A stretch of 64,000 bases of DNA from an uncultured Methanosarcinales archaeon. GTDB lineage: Archaea; Nanobdellota; Nanobdellia; Woesearchaeales; JASKKU01. Where the stretch lies: contig CAYQFL010000001.1 in the NCBI GenBank assembly GCA_964416905.1, forward strand, positions 94,647-158,646, read 5' to 3'. The notes below the pieces were generated by a model. It was not told the DNA's origin, did not search any database, and saw only the letters and a list, made by a program, of their open reading frames with translations. How positions within the stretch are numbered: the stretch's first letter is position 1; every line of letters begins with the position of its first letter. Below are positions 19,067-27,423 of this stretch, piece after piece. A program made the translations under genes and the position numbers.

Positions 19067-20188
19067 ATGATAGCTAACTGCATGCATGCAATAAATAAAG
19101 ATAAAGAACAAAAAACTAACAAGAAAGGATTTATACAAAAATCACTAGTAATCATAGCATTTCTAATTATATTAACATTATCCTTTCAACACACAGTCTA
19201 TGCAAAAGAGTTATCCTTCCAGTTAAAAGAATTCAAAACCGGAAGAGATATAAGCCATGGTTTTGTTGAAATATCTGCACAAAGCGAGAAAAATCATAGA
19301 GATTTCAAAATCACTTTAGAAAATCAAAGCATTGTAAAACTTGACTTGGAAGACACAACATGGGATTTTATAATAAGCGTTGATGACGAAAAAACACCAT
19401 CATATGATTATTTTGTAAAACATCACGTTGAGAAAGGATGGAACAGCAATGTTCAAACAATCTATCTTTTTCCAGTTGGTAGCGTAAAAGTCCAAGTCGA
19501 AGATTTAAACGGAGATTTGATTAGCAATGCTGAAGTTAAGATAGAATGTTTAGAAAACCGATTCCTAAAGGTAAACACAAAAACTGATTTCTTTGGAATG
19601 ACTTCAAATCAAATAGTTCCTGTTGGGAATTGTTCTGCTTTTGCATTTTTCAATGATGCTGCAGGAATAACCAGTTTTAACATGATAAAAGGACAAGCAA
19701 AAAATATCATAATAACCTTAGATAAAAAAGTCGTTTCAAAGTATAACACGTTTATGAGGAATAGCACGATTGCATTATCAATCATTGCTGCAGCAGTTGT
19801 TTTTGCACTACTTCTCAAAAAGAAAACAAAATCGAACGAAAACAAAAATAAGTCCTTGAACAAAGATACGAAAGAGGTTTATAGCATAGAAATCGAACAT
19901 GATTTAGATAATAGCGAACTGTATCACAAAGAGAGTGTTGAAACACCAAACGTTATACCTTCGAGATTAAGTGAAGTTATGAAAACCCTAAAGCCAAAGG
20001 AGAAAGCTGTTGTAGAATACCTAATTGCTCACAACTTCTCTCAGAAACAATCCAAGATAAGATATGATTTAGAAATACCTAAGACTACATTCTCCAGAAT
20101 AATCAAAAGCTTGGAATCAAAGCACATCATAATCGTAGAAAAAGACAAAAAACCCGCTAAAGTAAAAATAAACCCTGATTTGTTGTAA
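19067..20188 (+). CDS. Membrane-anchored protein with an extracytoplasmic domain, a single TM and a C-terminal winged-HTH (one-component transmembrane regulator candidate)
   Basis: N-terminal signal/anchor and a second TM around residues 235-255 (STIALSIIAAAVVFALLL). The C-terminus 'EKAVVEYLIAHNFSQKQSKIRYDLEIPKTTFSRIIKSLESKHIIIVEK' looks like a MarR/TrmB-like wHTH. Confidence 0.5.
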   Translation: MIANCMHAINKDKEQKTNKKGFIQKSLVIIAFLIILTLSFQHTVYAKELSFQLKEFKTGRDISHGFVEISAQSEKNHRDFKITLENQSIVKLDLEDTTWDFIISVDDEKTPSYDYFVKHHVEKGWNSNVQTIYLFPVGSVKVQVEDLNGDLISNAEVKIECLENRFLKVNTKTDFFGMTSNQIVPVGNCSAFAFFNDAAGITSFNMIKGQAKNIIITLDKKVVSKYNTFMRNSTIALSIIAAAVVFALLLKKKTKSNENKNKSLNKDTKEVYSIEIEHDLDNSELYHKESVETPNVIPSRLSEVMKTLKPKEKAVVEYLIAHNFSQKQSKIRYDLEIPKTTFSRIIKSLESKHIIIVEKDKKPAKVKINPDLL

Positions 20189-20349
20189 TCTGAAAAAATA
20201 AAATTTTTGAGCATCTTTGGAACAAAAATAAAAAAGAATTTCTGTTTTTGAACAAAAAAACTTGTGTTTGAGTGTTCCGTTCCAGAAAAGATTTATAAAG
20301 GTGTTTGATTTAATAGAGGATAAAAATCAAACGCGCAGAATTCGTTGGT

Positions 20350-20979
20350 TTGGGTTTTTTTATTTTATTCTTTCTTATGCTTTTTTTCTCAGAACTTGTT
20401 TTAATAACAATACTTAATTCTAAAGTTAGCTACACATACTATATTTCAAACCCTAAAATAAACATCAGCTTTGCAAAAAACATAGTTTCTTTTCTTTCTT
20501 ATCATAACAATTCATTAATGCAAATTCTTTCAGATAGAGAAATGTTACACATGTTGGATGTGAGAACGTTAATAAACAAATTGTGGAATGTTAATTTAAC
20601 CATATTAATTATTAGCTTCTCCTCTTTGATCACCCTTAGCATTGTTTTCAAAAAAAGAAGCATATCAAAAAAAGTTATTGTGAAAAGCTCCATACAAAAA
20701 CTTGGATTAATGAGTTTAGTGTTAGGAACAATTTTGCTAACAGTAATAACAATAACCTTTCCATATTCTTTTGAAATATTTCACAGAACGTTCTTTCCGC
20801 AGGGCAATTATCTGTTTCCTAGAGATTCTGTATTAATCTCCAACTTACCAGCATCTTTTTTTAGGAACTTTCTAATCATAAGCATTATAGAAACTATCTT
20901 CGTATTCATAATAAGCGTTGAAGCCATAGATATAATTGCAAAAATAATTTACAAAAAGTTCATAGAAAAAAAACATTAA
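20350..20979 (+). CDS. Integral membrane protein, hypothetical
   Basis: 209 aa with several hydrophobic helices. No recognised motif. Confidence 0.4.
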   Translation: MGFFILFFLMLFFSELVLITILNSKVSYTYYISNPKINISFAKNIVSFLSYHNNSLMQILSDREMLHMLDVRTLINKLWNVNLTILIISFSSLITLSIVFKKRSISKKVIVKSSIQKLGLMSLVLGTILLTVITITFPYSFEIFHRTFFPQGNYLFPRDSVLISNLPASFFRNFLIISIIETIFVFIISVEAIDIIAKIIYKKFIEKKH

Positions 20980-20980
20980 A

Positions 20981-22264
20981 CTATTTTTTGTTCAAGAAAT
21001 CTTGTAAAGACAAGTTTTTGCTTTTAGAAGCCTGATTTTCTGGTTTAATAACTGCATCGTCAAATTCTTTTAAGATTAACTCACCATAAACGCCATCATA
21101 ACCAGGCTTAACGCTAAGCTTTTGTTCTCGATTTAGTATTACTAACTTAGCAAACTTAACATCAGTTCGCTCAGCAATTTCATTAAAATCTGCTTCCAAC
21201 AAAACCCTATTCTCTGTACCGAATCTCGCTATCAACTTTTGATAAACATCCCATGCCTTCCTAGAACTTATAGACACATTATAAAAATGAGAAATTAACT
21301 CCATTAAAGGCAATAGCCTTTTAAATTGTTTAGCATTCTTTGGTACATACCCTTCAGGTCTATCTGCCAAAGACTCAACCCTATTCAAAACCCCAATTGT
21401 TAAAGGTCTACCGCAAACAGGACAATGATTGTTATATTTTCTGGATTCTTTAGGTGACAAGGAAATATTACAATTCCTGTGTCCATCATAATGATACTTG
21501 CCATAAGATGGGTCCACTTCAATAGTGCCTATGAAATTTTCGCCCGTTCTTATAGAATTAATCAATTTATCATAAGTTAACGAGTTTTCATCCAAAGCCA
21601 GCATGTTAGCTTCTCGGCCAATTCTCCAAGGCCAAGCGCTATGCGCATCTGAATTTGAAACCAAGGTGTATCTATCCAAAGAAGATAACCGCCAGTTCAT
21701 AGGCGGGTCAGATGAAAGACCTGTCTCTAAAGCGTAAACTTTCGAAGCTTTATCCCCAAAAGCTTCCTCCAAAGAATCAAATCCTGTTTTTGAACCTAAG
21801 ACACCAAACCACGGAGTCCAGATATGAGCAGGGATAATCTCTATTTTTGGGTCTATCTCTTTGACAAACTCTATAAATGAAGGCGCATCAATCGTTAAAG
21901 TAGGTCTACCATCTGCACTCAAAGAGCCATATCTGCTTAAAAGCTCGTTTATCTGTGAAGCTGTGCTAAAGTCCTTTGCTAAAAGCACTAAATGGATCTT
22001 CCTAAGCTTTTTTCCATCGTTATAAACTAAAGAAACCTCTGTTTGAAGAACAAATTTAAATCCTGTTTTGCTTTTTAGAATACCTGTCTCATCTTCACAA
22101 AGGTTCTGTTTTAGCTCTTTGAACCATAAAGGATGCGTAAAATCTCCGGTGCCTAACAGATTAAGGCCTTTAATTTTGGCATATTTCTCAAGCATCCCCA
22201 AATTCAGATTTTTAGAAGTAGCCCTCGAATACTTGGAATGTATGTGAAGGTCGGCAAAAATCAT
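20981..22264 (-). CDS. PHP-domain metal-dependent phosphoesterase with an internal CxxC zinc ribbon (TIGR00375-like)
   Basis: N-terminal 'MIFADLHIHSKYS' PHP motif, further His/Asp motifs, and 'NHCPVCGRPLTIG'. Confidence 0.5.
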   Translation of the reverse strand: MIFADLHIHSKYSRATSKNLNLGMLEKYAKIKGLNLLGTGDFTHPLWFKELKQNLCEDETGILKSKTGFKFVLQTEVSLVYNDGKKLRKIHLVLLAKDFSTASQINELLSRYGSLSADGRPTLTIDAPSFIEFVKEIDPKIEIIPAHIWTPWFGVLGSKTGFDSLEEAFGDKASKVYALETGLSSDPPMNWRLSSLDRYTLVSNSDAHSAWPWRIGREANMLALDENSLTYDKLINSIRTGENFIGTIEVDPSYGKYHYDGHRNCNISLSPKESRKYNNHCPVCGRPLTIGVLNRVESLADRPEGYVPKNAKQFKRLLPLMELISHFYNVSISSRKAWDVYQKLIARFGTENRVLLEADFNEIAERTDVKFAKLVILNREQKLSVKPGYDGVYGELILKEFDDAVIKPENQASKSKNLSLQDFLNKK

Positions 22265-22277
22265 ATTGAAAAAATAA

Positions 22278-23225
22278 CTACTCTTCGTCTTGATAAGATT
22301 GTCTTTTTCTTCTCTTACCTTTTATCTTCTTGACATCCTCCTCTAAGCCAAGCTCTCTCAATAATTCTTTGTACCTGTTTCTAATTGTAACCTCTGTAAC
22401 ACCAGCAACATCAGCAACCTCCCTTTGTGTTCTCTTCTCACCATTCAACAATGCAGCAACGTACAATGCTGCGGCAGCAATTCCTGTTGGACCTCTACCA
22501 GAAGTTAACTCTTTCTCCTGAGCTTTCGCTAACAATTCTAACGCTTTAGTTTGAGTTTCTGGAGATAATTTCAAAGAAGAAGCGAATCTTGACAAATAAT
22601 CTCTTGGGTTAGAAGGCATTATTCTAATATTCAGCTCTCGGGTAATAAACCTATAAGTCCTACCAATCTCTTTCTTGTCTATCCCGCTCGCTTCACTTAA
22701 CTCTTCTAAGGTCCTAGGAACCTCATGAGCTCTACAAGCAGCATAAAGTGCGCCTGTTACCACAGATTCCATGCTTCTACCTCTAACTAGACCACGTTGA
22801 ACAGCCAATCTATAGATTCTTGAAGCTTCTTCCTGCACAGATTCAGGAAGATTAAGAAAGGAAGTAATCCTCTTAAGTTCAGCCAGAGCAAGCTTAAGGT
22901 TCCTTTCAATAGCTGTGGTTATTCTCTTCTGCCATCGTCTAAGTCTTATGAATTTATTCTTTGAATCCCCTTTCAACCTACTAAGATCTGCCGCCGAACC
23001 TATTGCAGTACCTAAACCCTGATCATACTTGGAATAACTCATAGGTGCGCCAGTACGCCTTCTAGATACAGAATCATCATCAAAATCACGCCATTCCTTG
23101 CCTAAATCAATAACCTTATCATCAATAACTAAACCGCAATCTTTACAGATAATCTCTCCTTTTTCTTTATTATAGAACAAGTTGATACTCCCGCATTCGG
23201 GACATCTTTTGATATAACCATCCAT
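22278..23225 (-). CDS. tfb: Transcription initiation factor IIB (TFB)
   Basis: N-terminal zinc ribbon 'CPECGS…CKDCG', a B-reader, and two cyclin-fold repeats with 'GRSMESVVTGALYAACR'. Length is 315 aa. Confidence 0.95.
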   Translation of the reverse strand: MDGYIKRCPECGSINLFYNKEKGEIICKDCGLVIDDKVIDLGKEWRDFDDDSVSRRRTGAPMSYSKYDQGLGTAIGSAADLSRLKGDSKNKFIRLRRWQKRITTAIERNLKLALAELKRITSFLNLPESVQEEASRIYRLAVQRGLVRGRSMESVVTGALYAACRAHEVPRTLEELSEASGIDKKEIGRTYRFITRELNIRIMPSNPRDYLSRFASSLKLSPETQTKALELLAKAQEKELTSGRGPTGIAAAALYVAALLNGEKRTQREVADVAGVTEVTIRNRYKELLRELGLEEDVKKIKGKRRKRQSYQDEE

Positions 23226-23244
23226 TTAAATCACCTGAGGAAAA

Positions 23245-23290
23245 GAGCAAACTTTATAAATAAGAGGCGCGCTAAATTTATAAAGGTTTC
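23245..23290. promoter_or_regulatory. Divergent archaeal promoter region with two TATA-like boxes (…ctttataaataag… and …aaatttataaagg…) between tfb and the pilin genes
   Basis: TTTATAAA-type boxes lie ~27-37 bp upstream of the tfb start codon (a leaderless-type arrangement) and ~75 bp upstream of the pilin ATG. Adjacent is a 6-bp inverted repeat, ggtttc…gaaacc. Confidence 0.35.
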
Positions 23291-23357
23291 GGTTTTTTAG
23301 AAACCACTCAGGAGTTACTGCACAAACATAAAAAGCTCTTGATTTAATTTCTTTAAG

Positions 23358-23906
23358 ATGACTCTTTCAAAAAAACACTACAAAGCTCAAGCAAGCTTTG
23401 AGTTCTTTATGACTTATGGTTGGATATTTCTTGTAACCATAATAGTGATTTCTGTCTTAATTTATTCAGACATCTTCAATGTTGCTTTGTATTCCCTAAG
23501 TCAAGAATGCGAAATTTATGACCAGTTTGATTGCTTAGCCTCTGCCTGGCATGATTCTGGGAACATAATTTTATCTTTAAGAAGCATTTCTCCCGCAAAT
23601 ATTTATATAAAAAACATAACCTTAATACCCGAACAAACAAACCAACCTGTTAGCTTATTCAACATCTCTTTTGGTGAATGCCGAAAAGATAACCAAACTG
23701 GAGAGTTTTGTGATACTGATATTTTAGCTCAAAGCACTGAATTCCCTACAGCCTCAAAAAGGATTTTTACTCTTGAACCTTTTGGAACATACTTAGAAGG
23801 TAGAAAAAACTTTAAAGCACGGATAATAATAAACTATTATTTTAATGGTAGCGATCCCAATAAGGATTTAAGAACAACGATGGGCCGGTTAAAGATTTCA
23901 AGATAA
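23358..23906 (+). CDS. Archaeal type IV pilin-like protein with a class III signal peptide (DUF361-type)
   Basis: 'KKHYKAQASFEFFMTYGWIFLVTIIVI': a basic stretch, Q-A-S-F-E-F and then a hydrophobic helix, matching the archaeal prepilin peptidase (PibD/EppA) substrate pattern. Confidence 0.7.
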   Translation: MTLSKKHYKAQASFEFFMTYGWIFLVTIIVISVLIYSDIFNVALYSLSQECEIYDQFDCLASAWHDSGNIILSLRSISPANIYIKNITLIPEQTNQPVSLFNISFGECRKDNQTGEFCDTDILAQSTEFPTASKRIFTLEPFGTYLEGRKNFKARIIINYYFNGSDPNKDLRTTMGRLKISR

Positions 23907-23907
23907 A

Positions 23908-24534
23908 ATGATAAGAAAAAAATCTCAGGCAAGCTTTGAATTCATGTTAACATACGGTTGGGTATTCATCTTAGTTCTAGGAGTGATTGCTGCGTTATTA
24001 AGATACAACATAATCAGCTCAGACCTTACCAGCTTAAAGACAGAAACCTGCAAGATTTACTCATCAATGAACTGCTTGGGCGCAGTTTGGCACAATGATG
24101 GTAGCTTAGAGATGGCCATAGCAAACGATGCGCAAACACAGTTACAAATCCATAACATAACTATAAAAGACAAGCTAAACAGGTTTAATCTGTTCTGGTC
24201 CTGGGAACCAAATAATGATGCGCATTATCCCTGTGACCCAACTAAGACTAACTCTGGCTGTACTACAAGTTCTGGAGAGTATTGTGGATATATACCCAAA
24301 GAAACAACAACTATATATGAGCCTGGGGGTCCAATGGTAATAGTCCCAGAATTATGCACGGCAAACTTAACAAAAAACTCCATTTTAAAATTCACCTTGA
24401 CAAACACAAGCCCTGTAGATGACATTAACGAATTCGAAGGAGATATTGAAATAACATACACTTTTCTAGGTTCAAATTTGACAACTGAAACCCATATAGC
24501 CAAAGGTTACATCTACACCAAGAAAGTAGATTAA
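23908..24534 (+). CDS. Archaeal type IV pilin-like protein with a class III signal peptide (second tandem copy)
   Basis: 'MIRKKSQASFEFMLTYGWVFILVLGVIAALL'. It starts 2 nt after the previous pilin and is probably co-transcribed with it. Confidence 0.7.
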   Translation: MIRKKSQASFEFMLTYGWVFILVLGVIAALLRYNIISSDLTSLKTETCKIYSSMNCLGAVWHNDGSLEMAIANDAQTQLQIHNITIKDKLNRFNLFWSWEPNNDAHYPCDPTKTNSGCTTSSGEYCGYIPKETTTIYEPGGPMVIVPELCTANLTKNSILKFTLTNTSPVDDINEFEGDIEITYTFLGSNLTTETHIAKGYIYTKKVD

Positions 24535-24577
24535 ACTTTAGATAAGATTTTTAAAATAACAAAGGATTCTAGAACTT

Positions 24578-25291
24578 ATGAAAAAACCTCGCGAGAAATT
24601 CAAGACATACAACGATGTTTTTGACATTTTCACTTTAAGGAATCTCAACAAGATATTTGAGACATTGCAATTAAGAGAACCAAAAGTAATCCCGATTTCT
24701 ATAGGAAAAGAAGCGAATGTCTTCAAACTTGAAGAGGATGAAAAAGTTTTTGCTCTTAAGATTTACAGGTTAGAAACCTGTGATTTTAACCAGATGGAGT
24801 TTTATCTAAGAAACGACAACAGAATAGCTATAAAAACAAAAAAACGGCGAGAGATAATCTTTTATTGGGCTAAACGCGAGTTCTTAAACCTTCAAAAAGT
24901 CAAAGAACTGAACATTAATGCTCCACTGCCTTTTGCGCAAAAGAACAACATTTTAATTATGAGCTTCATAGGAGACGAATGGTCTGCGCCTAAGCTAAAG
25001 GATTATGCTTTTGAAAACCATGAGGAGTTGAATCAAATATTCACAAAAACATTTGAATTCATTTTGAAATTAAAAAACAACAACCTTGTTCACGGAGACT
25101 TATCAGAATACAACATCTTAATAAAAGACTGTGAACCTTATTTTATAGATTTCTCTCACGCAACACCTTTGAACACTAGTTTAGGCATGGAACTTTTGAA
25201 AAGAGACCTAAAAAACATCGCGAAATTCTTCCTGAAAGCAGGCATTTCTAAAGAAGAAATAGATAAAAAAATAAATCAAATTTTAAACTAA
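24578..25291 (+). CDS. RIO-type serine/threonine protein kinase
   Basis: 'ISIGKEANVFKL…VFALKIYR' and 'LVHGDLSEYNILI…FIDFSHA' are RIO kinase motifs. Confidence 0.8.
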   Translation: MKKPREKFKTYNDVFDIFTLRNLNKIFETLQLREPKVIPISIGKEANVFKLEEDEKVFALKIYRLETCDFNQMEFYLRNDNRIAIKTKKRREIIFYWAKREFLNLQKVKELNINAPLPFAQKNNILIMSFIGDEWSAPKLKDYAFENHEELNQIFTKTFEFILKLKNNNLVHGDLSEYNILIKDCEPYFIDFSHATPLNTSLGMELLKRDLKNIAKFFLKAGISKEEIDKKINQILN

Positions 25292-26098
25292 CGGCGCTTT
25301 ACCACCATACATCGCTTTAAACTTGCCATTCGAGAAGTAAAGCGTATACATATTCAAATCTACATCTGTTGCTCTCATCTTAATTACTTGTATAGACCTA
25401 ATAACTTTCCTGTATTGCTCAGTTCTCTCTAAGTAGATTATACCGTCAGATAAATAATCTTCAACACCATATTCACTAAACCTAGATTTATCCAAAGGCA
25501 TCTCAGAAATCAAGAAAGAAGTTATCTGCGAATCTCTAAAAAACTCAAATATATGGAATAACTCTAATCTAGGGTTTTCAAACCTACTTAATATGTATAA
25601 AGCTGACAACGAGTCTAGAGCAATAATGTCTAGCTTTGCTTCGTTTTTAAACCTTCGAATAATGTTCTTAATAACATTAATCCAATCACCCTGCTCACCA
25701 ATCTTTGTATCCTTAATCTGCTTTCTCAACGCGCCTAAATCAACAATAACAAAATTGCCGCCTTTTGATACCTTGATCTCTTTAATTTTATCATCCAGAT
25801 TATTTATATCATGGATAATCACTGTATTAACCTTAGACATATCAAAATCAAGGTTCACTGCGTGGTTTATCAAAGACCAATAAGACTGTTCCAATGAAAA
25901 ATAGATTGTTGTCTTATTCTCGTGCAGAACGTTGTTATAAAGTATGCTGAAAGATAGAGATGATTTCATACTACCTGAGGTACCTGCAACTAACACAACA
26001 CTACCTTCAGGAATACCATTCTGCATGACTTCATCCAGACCTTCAACATAAGTTCTAATTCTTTTAATTTCATCTTTATTAGATAATATATTAACCAT
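25283..26098 (-). CDS. KaiC/RadA-like RecA-superfamily protein with a degenerate Walker A (FlaH/ArlH-like possibility)
   Basis: 'GLDEVMQNGIPEGSVVLVAGTSGSMKSSL' has the KaiC-like layout, but the P-loop reads G-T-S-G-S-M-K-S (M in place of the conserved G), so it may be catalytically impaired. Confidence 0.55.
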   Translation of the reverse strand: MVNILSNKDEIKRIRTYVEGLDEVMQNGIPEGSVVLVAGTSGSMKSSLSFSILYNNVLHENKTTIYFSLEQSYWSLINHAVNLDFDMSKVNTVIIHDINNLDDKIKEIKVSKGGNFVIVDLGALRKQIKDTKIGEQGDWINVIKNIIRRFKNEAKLDIIALDSLSALYILSRFENPRLELFHIFEFFRDSQITSFLISEMPLDKSRFSEYGVEDYLSDGIIYLERTEQYRKVIRSIQVIKMRATDVDLNMYTLYFSNGKFKAMYGGKAPLV

Positions 26099-26101
26099 GG
26101 T

Positions 26102-27379
26102 TTACACCTCTTTTAACGATAAATTATCAACTTTACCTTGTTTTATTCCAATCAAAAGATATTTTTTATTATCTTTATCAACAAACAAATGGGTACCTAC
26201 AATCAAACCATCTAAAGAATATTTGTAAAGCAGTTTTCCCTTATTCTGAGCAGAAGTCTGTGAAAGGTCTCCATCTCCCATCTGGGATGTTATTGATGAA
26301 ATACCCGGAACATAATTAACAACAAAAGAACCTGAGGAATCTAAAACATACAGCGAATAATCTAAAGAACCAACAACAATCTCAGGTTTCCCATCATCAT
26401 CTAAATCTGTAATAATTGGTGTAGAAACCACCCAGAAATCAGTTTCGAAATCCCATAATAGATTTCCTTTATAATCCAGCGCATAAACTTTGTTATCACA
26501 AGAACCAAAAACAATCTCCATGAACCCGTCTTTGTTTATATCTCCAACTGCTGGAGAAGCAACAATCCTTCCATTAGTCTTAAACTTCCAGAACAAATCT
26601 CCATGAGAATTTAAACAGTAAAGATTCTTGTCATATGAGCCAAAGATGATGAATTTCTCTTTAGAATTAGTAATATGTTCAACTACTGGTCTACATGTTA
26701 TTTTATCGTTAGTTTTAAAATCCCACTTGAAAACGCCATTTTTGTCAACAGCAATTAATCTACCATCATTGGCACCAAAAACAATCAGGTTGCCCTCGAA
26801 ACTATCTAAAAGTTGTGGAGATGATTCAACAGGCGACCTAACATAATATCTCCATAAGACTTGACCAGTGTAATCTACGCAATACAAATAACCTGCAGTG
26901 GTTCCAAAGATGATCTCATCAAAATCATCGTTATTGATATCAGTGATTAGGAAATCTGACATGATTTTACCATCAACCTTAAGCTTCCAAACAACTTTGC
27001 CATCAGAACTTAATACAAAAACTGTACCGCTCTCAGATCCAAAGATAATCTCTTTAGAACCGTCCTTATTTATATCTTTTATAATGGGTTTTGTATAAAT
27101 TGTGTACGATGATGATTCGTCCATAAACAAAGATTCTAGTTTTCCTAATTTTTCCTTCAAATCAAAGAGCCATTTAACCTTTGATTGGTCATTTATAACA
27201 AAAAGTTTGCCATCTTTAGTTCCAAAGACAACAACCATCTCGCTAGATTTAGGATCCAGATTTGCTACAACAGGACCTACAGACAAATCTGAAGGAGAAG
27301 TGAATTCCCAGACTTTTACAAAATTAAATTTTTTCTTTCGTTTGTTCAAGAGATTACCGAATAGAGCCATAAGTTTCAA
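26102..27379 (-). CDS. PQQ-repeat (BamB-like) beta-propeller protein
   Basis: Repeated 'DG.(V/L).W.(F/L)' and 'GS.D..(L/V)Y.(L/V)' blades across 425 aa. Confidence 0.7.
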   Translation of the reverse strand: MKLMALFGNLLNKRKKKFNFVKVWEFTSPSDLSVGPVVANLDPKSSEMVVVFGTKDGKLFVINDQSKVKWLFDLKEKLGKLESLFMDESSSYTIYTKPIIKDINKDGSKEIIFGSESGTVFVLSSDGKVVWKLKVDGKIMSDFLITDINNDDFDEIIFGTTAGYLYCVDYTGQVLWRYYVRSPVESSPQLLDSFEGNLIVFGANDGRLIAVDKNGVFKWDFKTNDKITCRPVVEHITNSKEKFIIFGSYDKNLYCLNSHGDLFWKFKTNGRIVASPAVGDINKDGFMEIVFGSCDNKVYALDYKGNLLWDFETDFWVVSTPIITDLDDDGKPEIVVGSLDYSLYVLDSSGSFVVNYVPGISSITSQMGDGDLSQTSAQNKGKLLYKYSLDGLIVGTHLFVDKDNKKYLLIGIKQGKVDNLSLKEV

Positions 27380-27423
27380 AACTCACTACAATATATTTAA
27401 GGTTTTTTAACTCCTAGAAAGTT

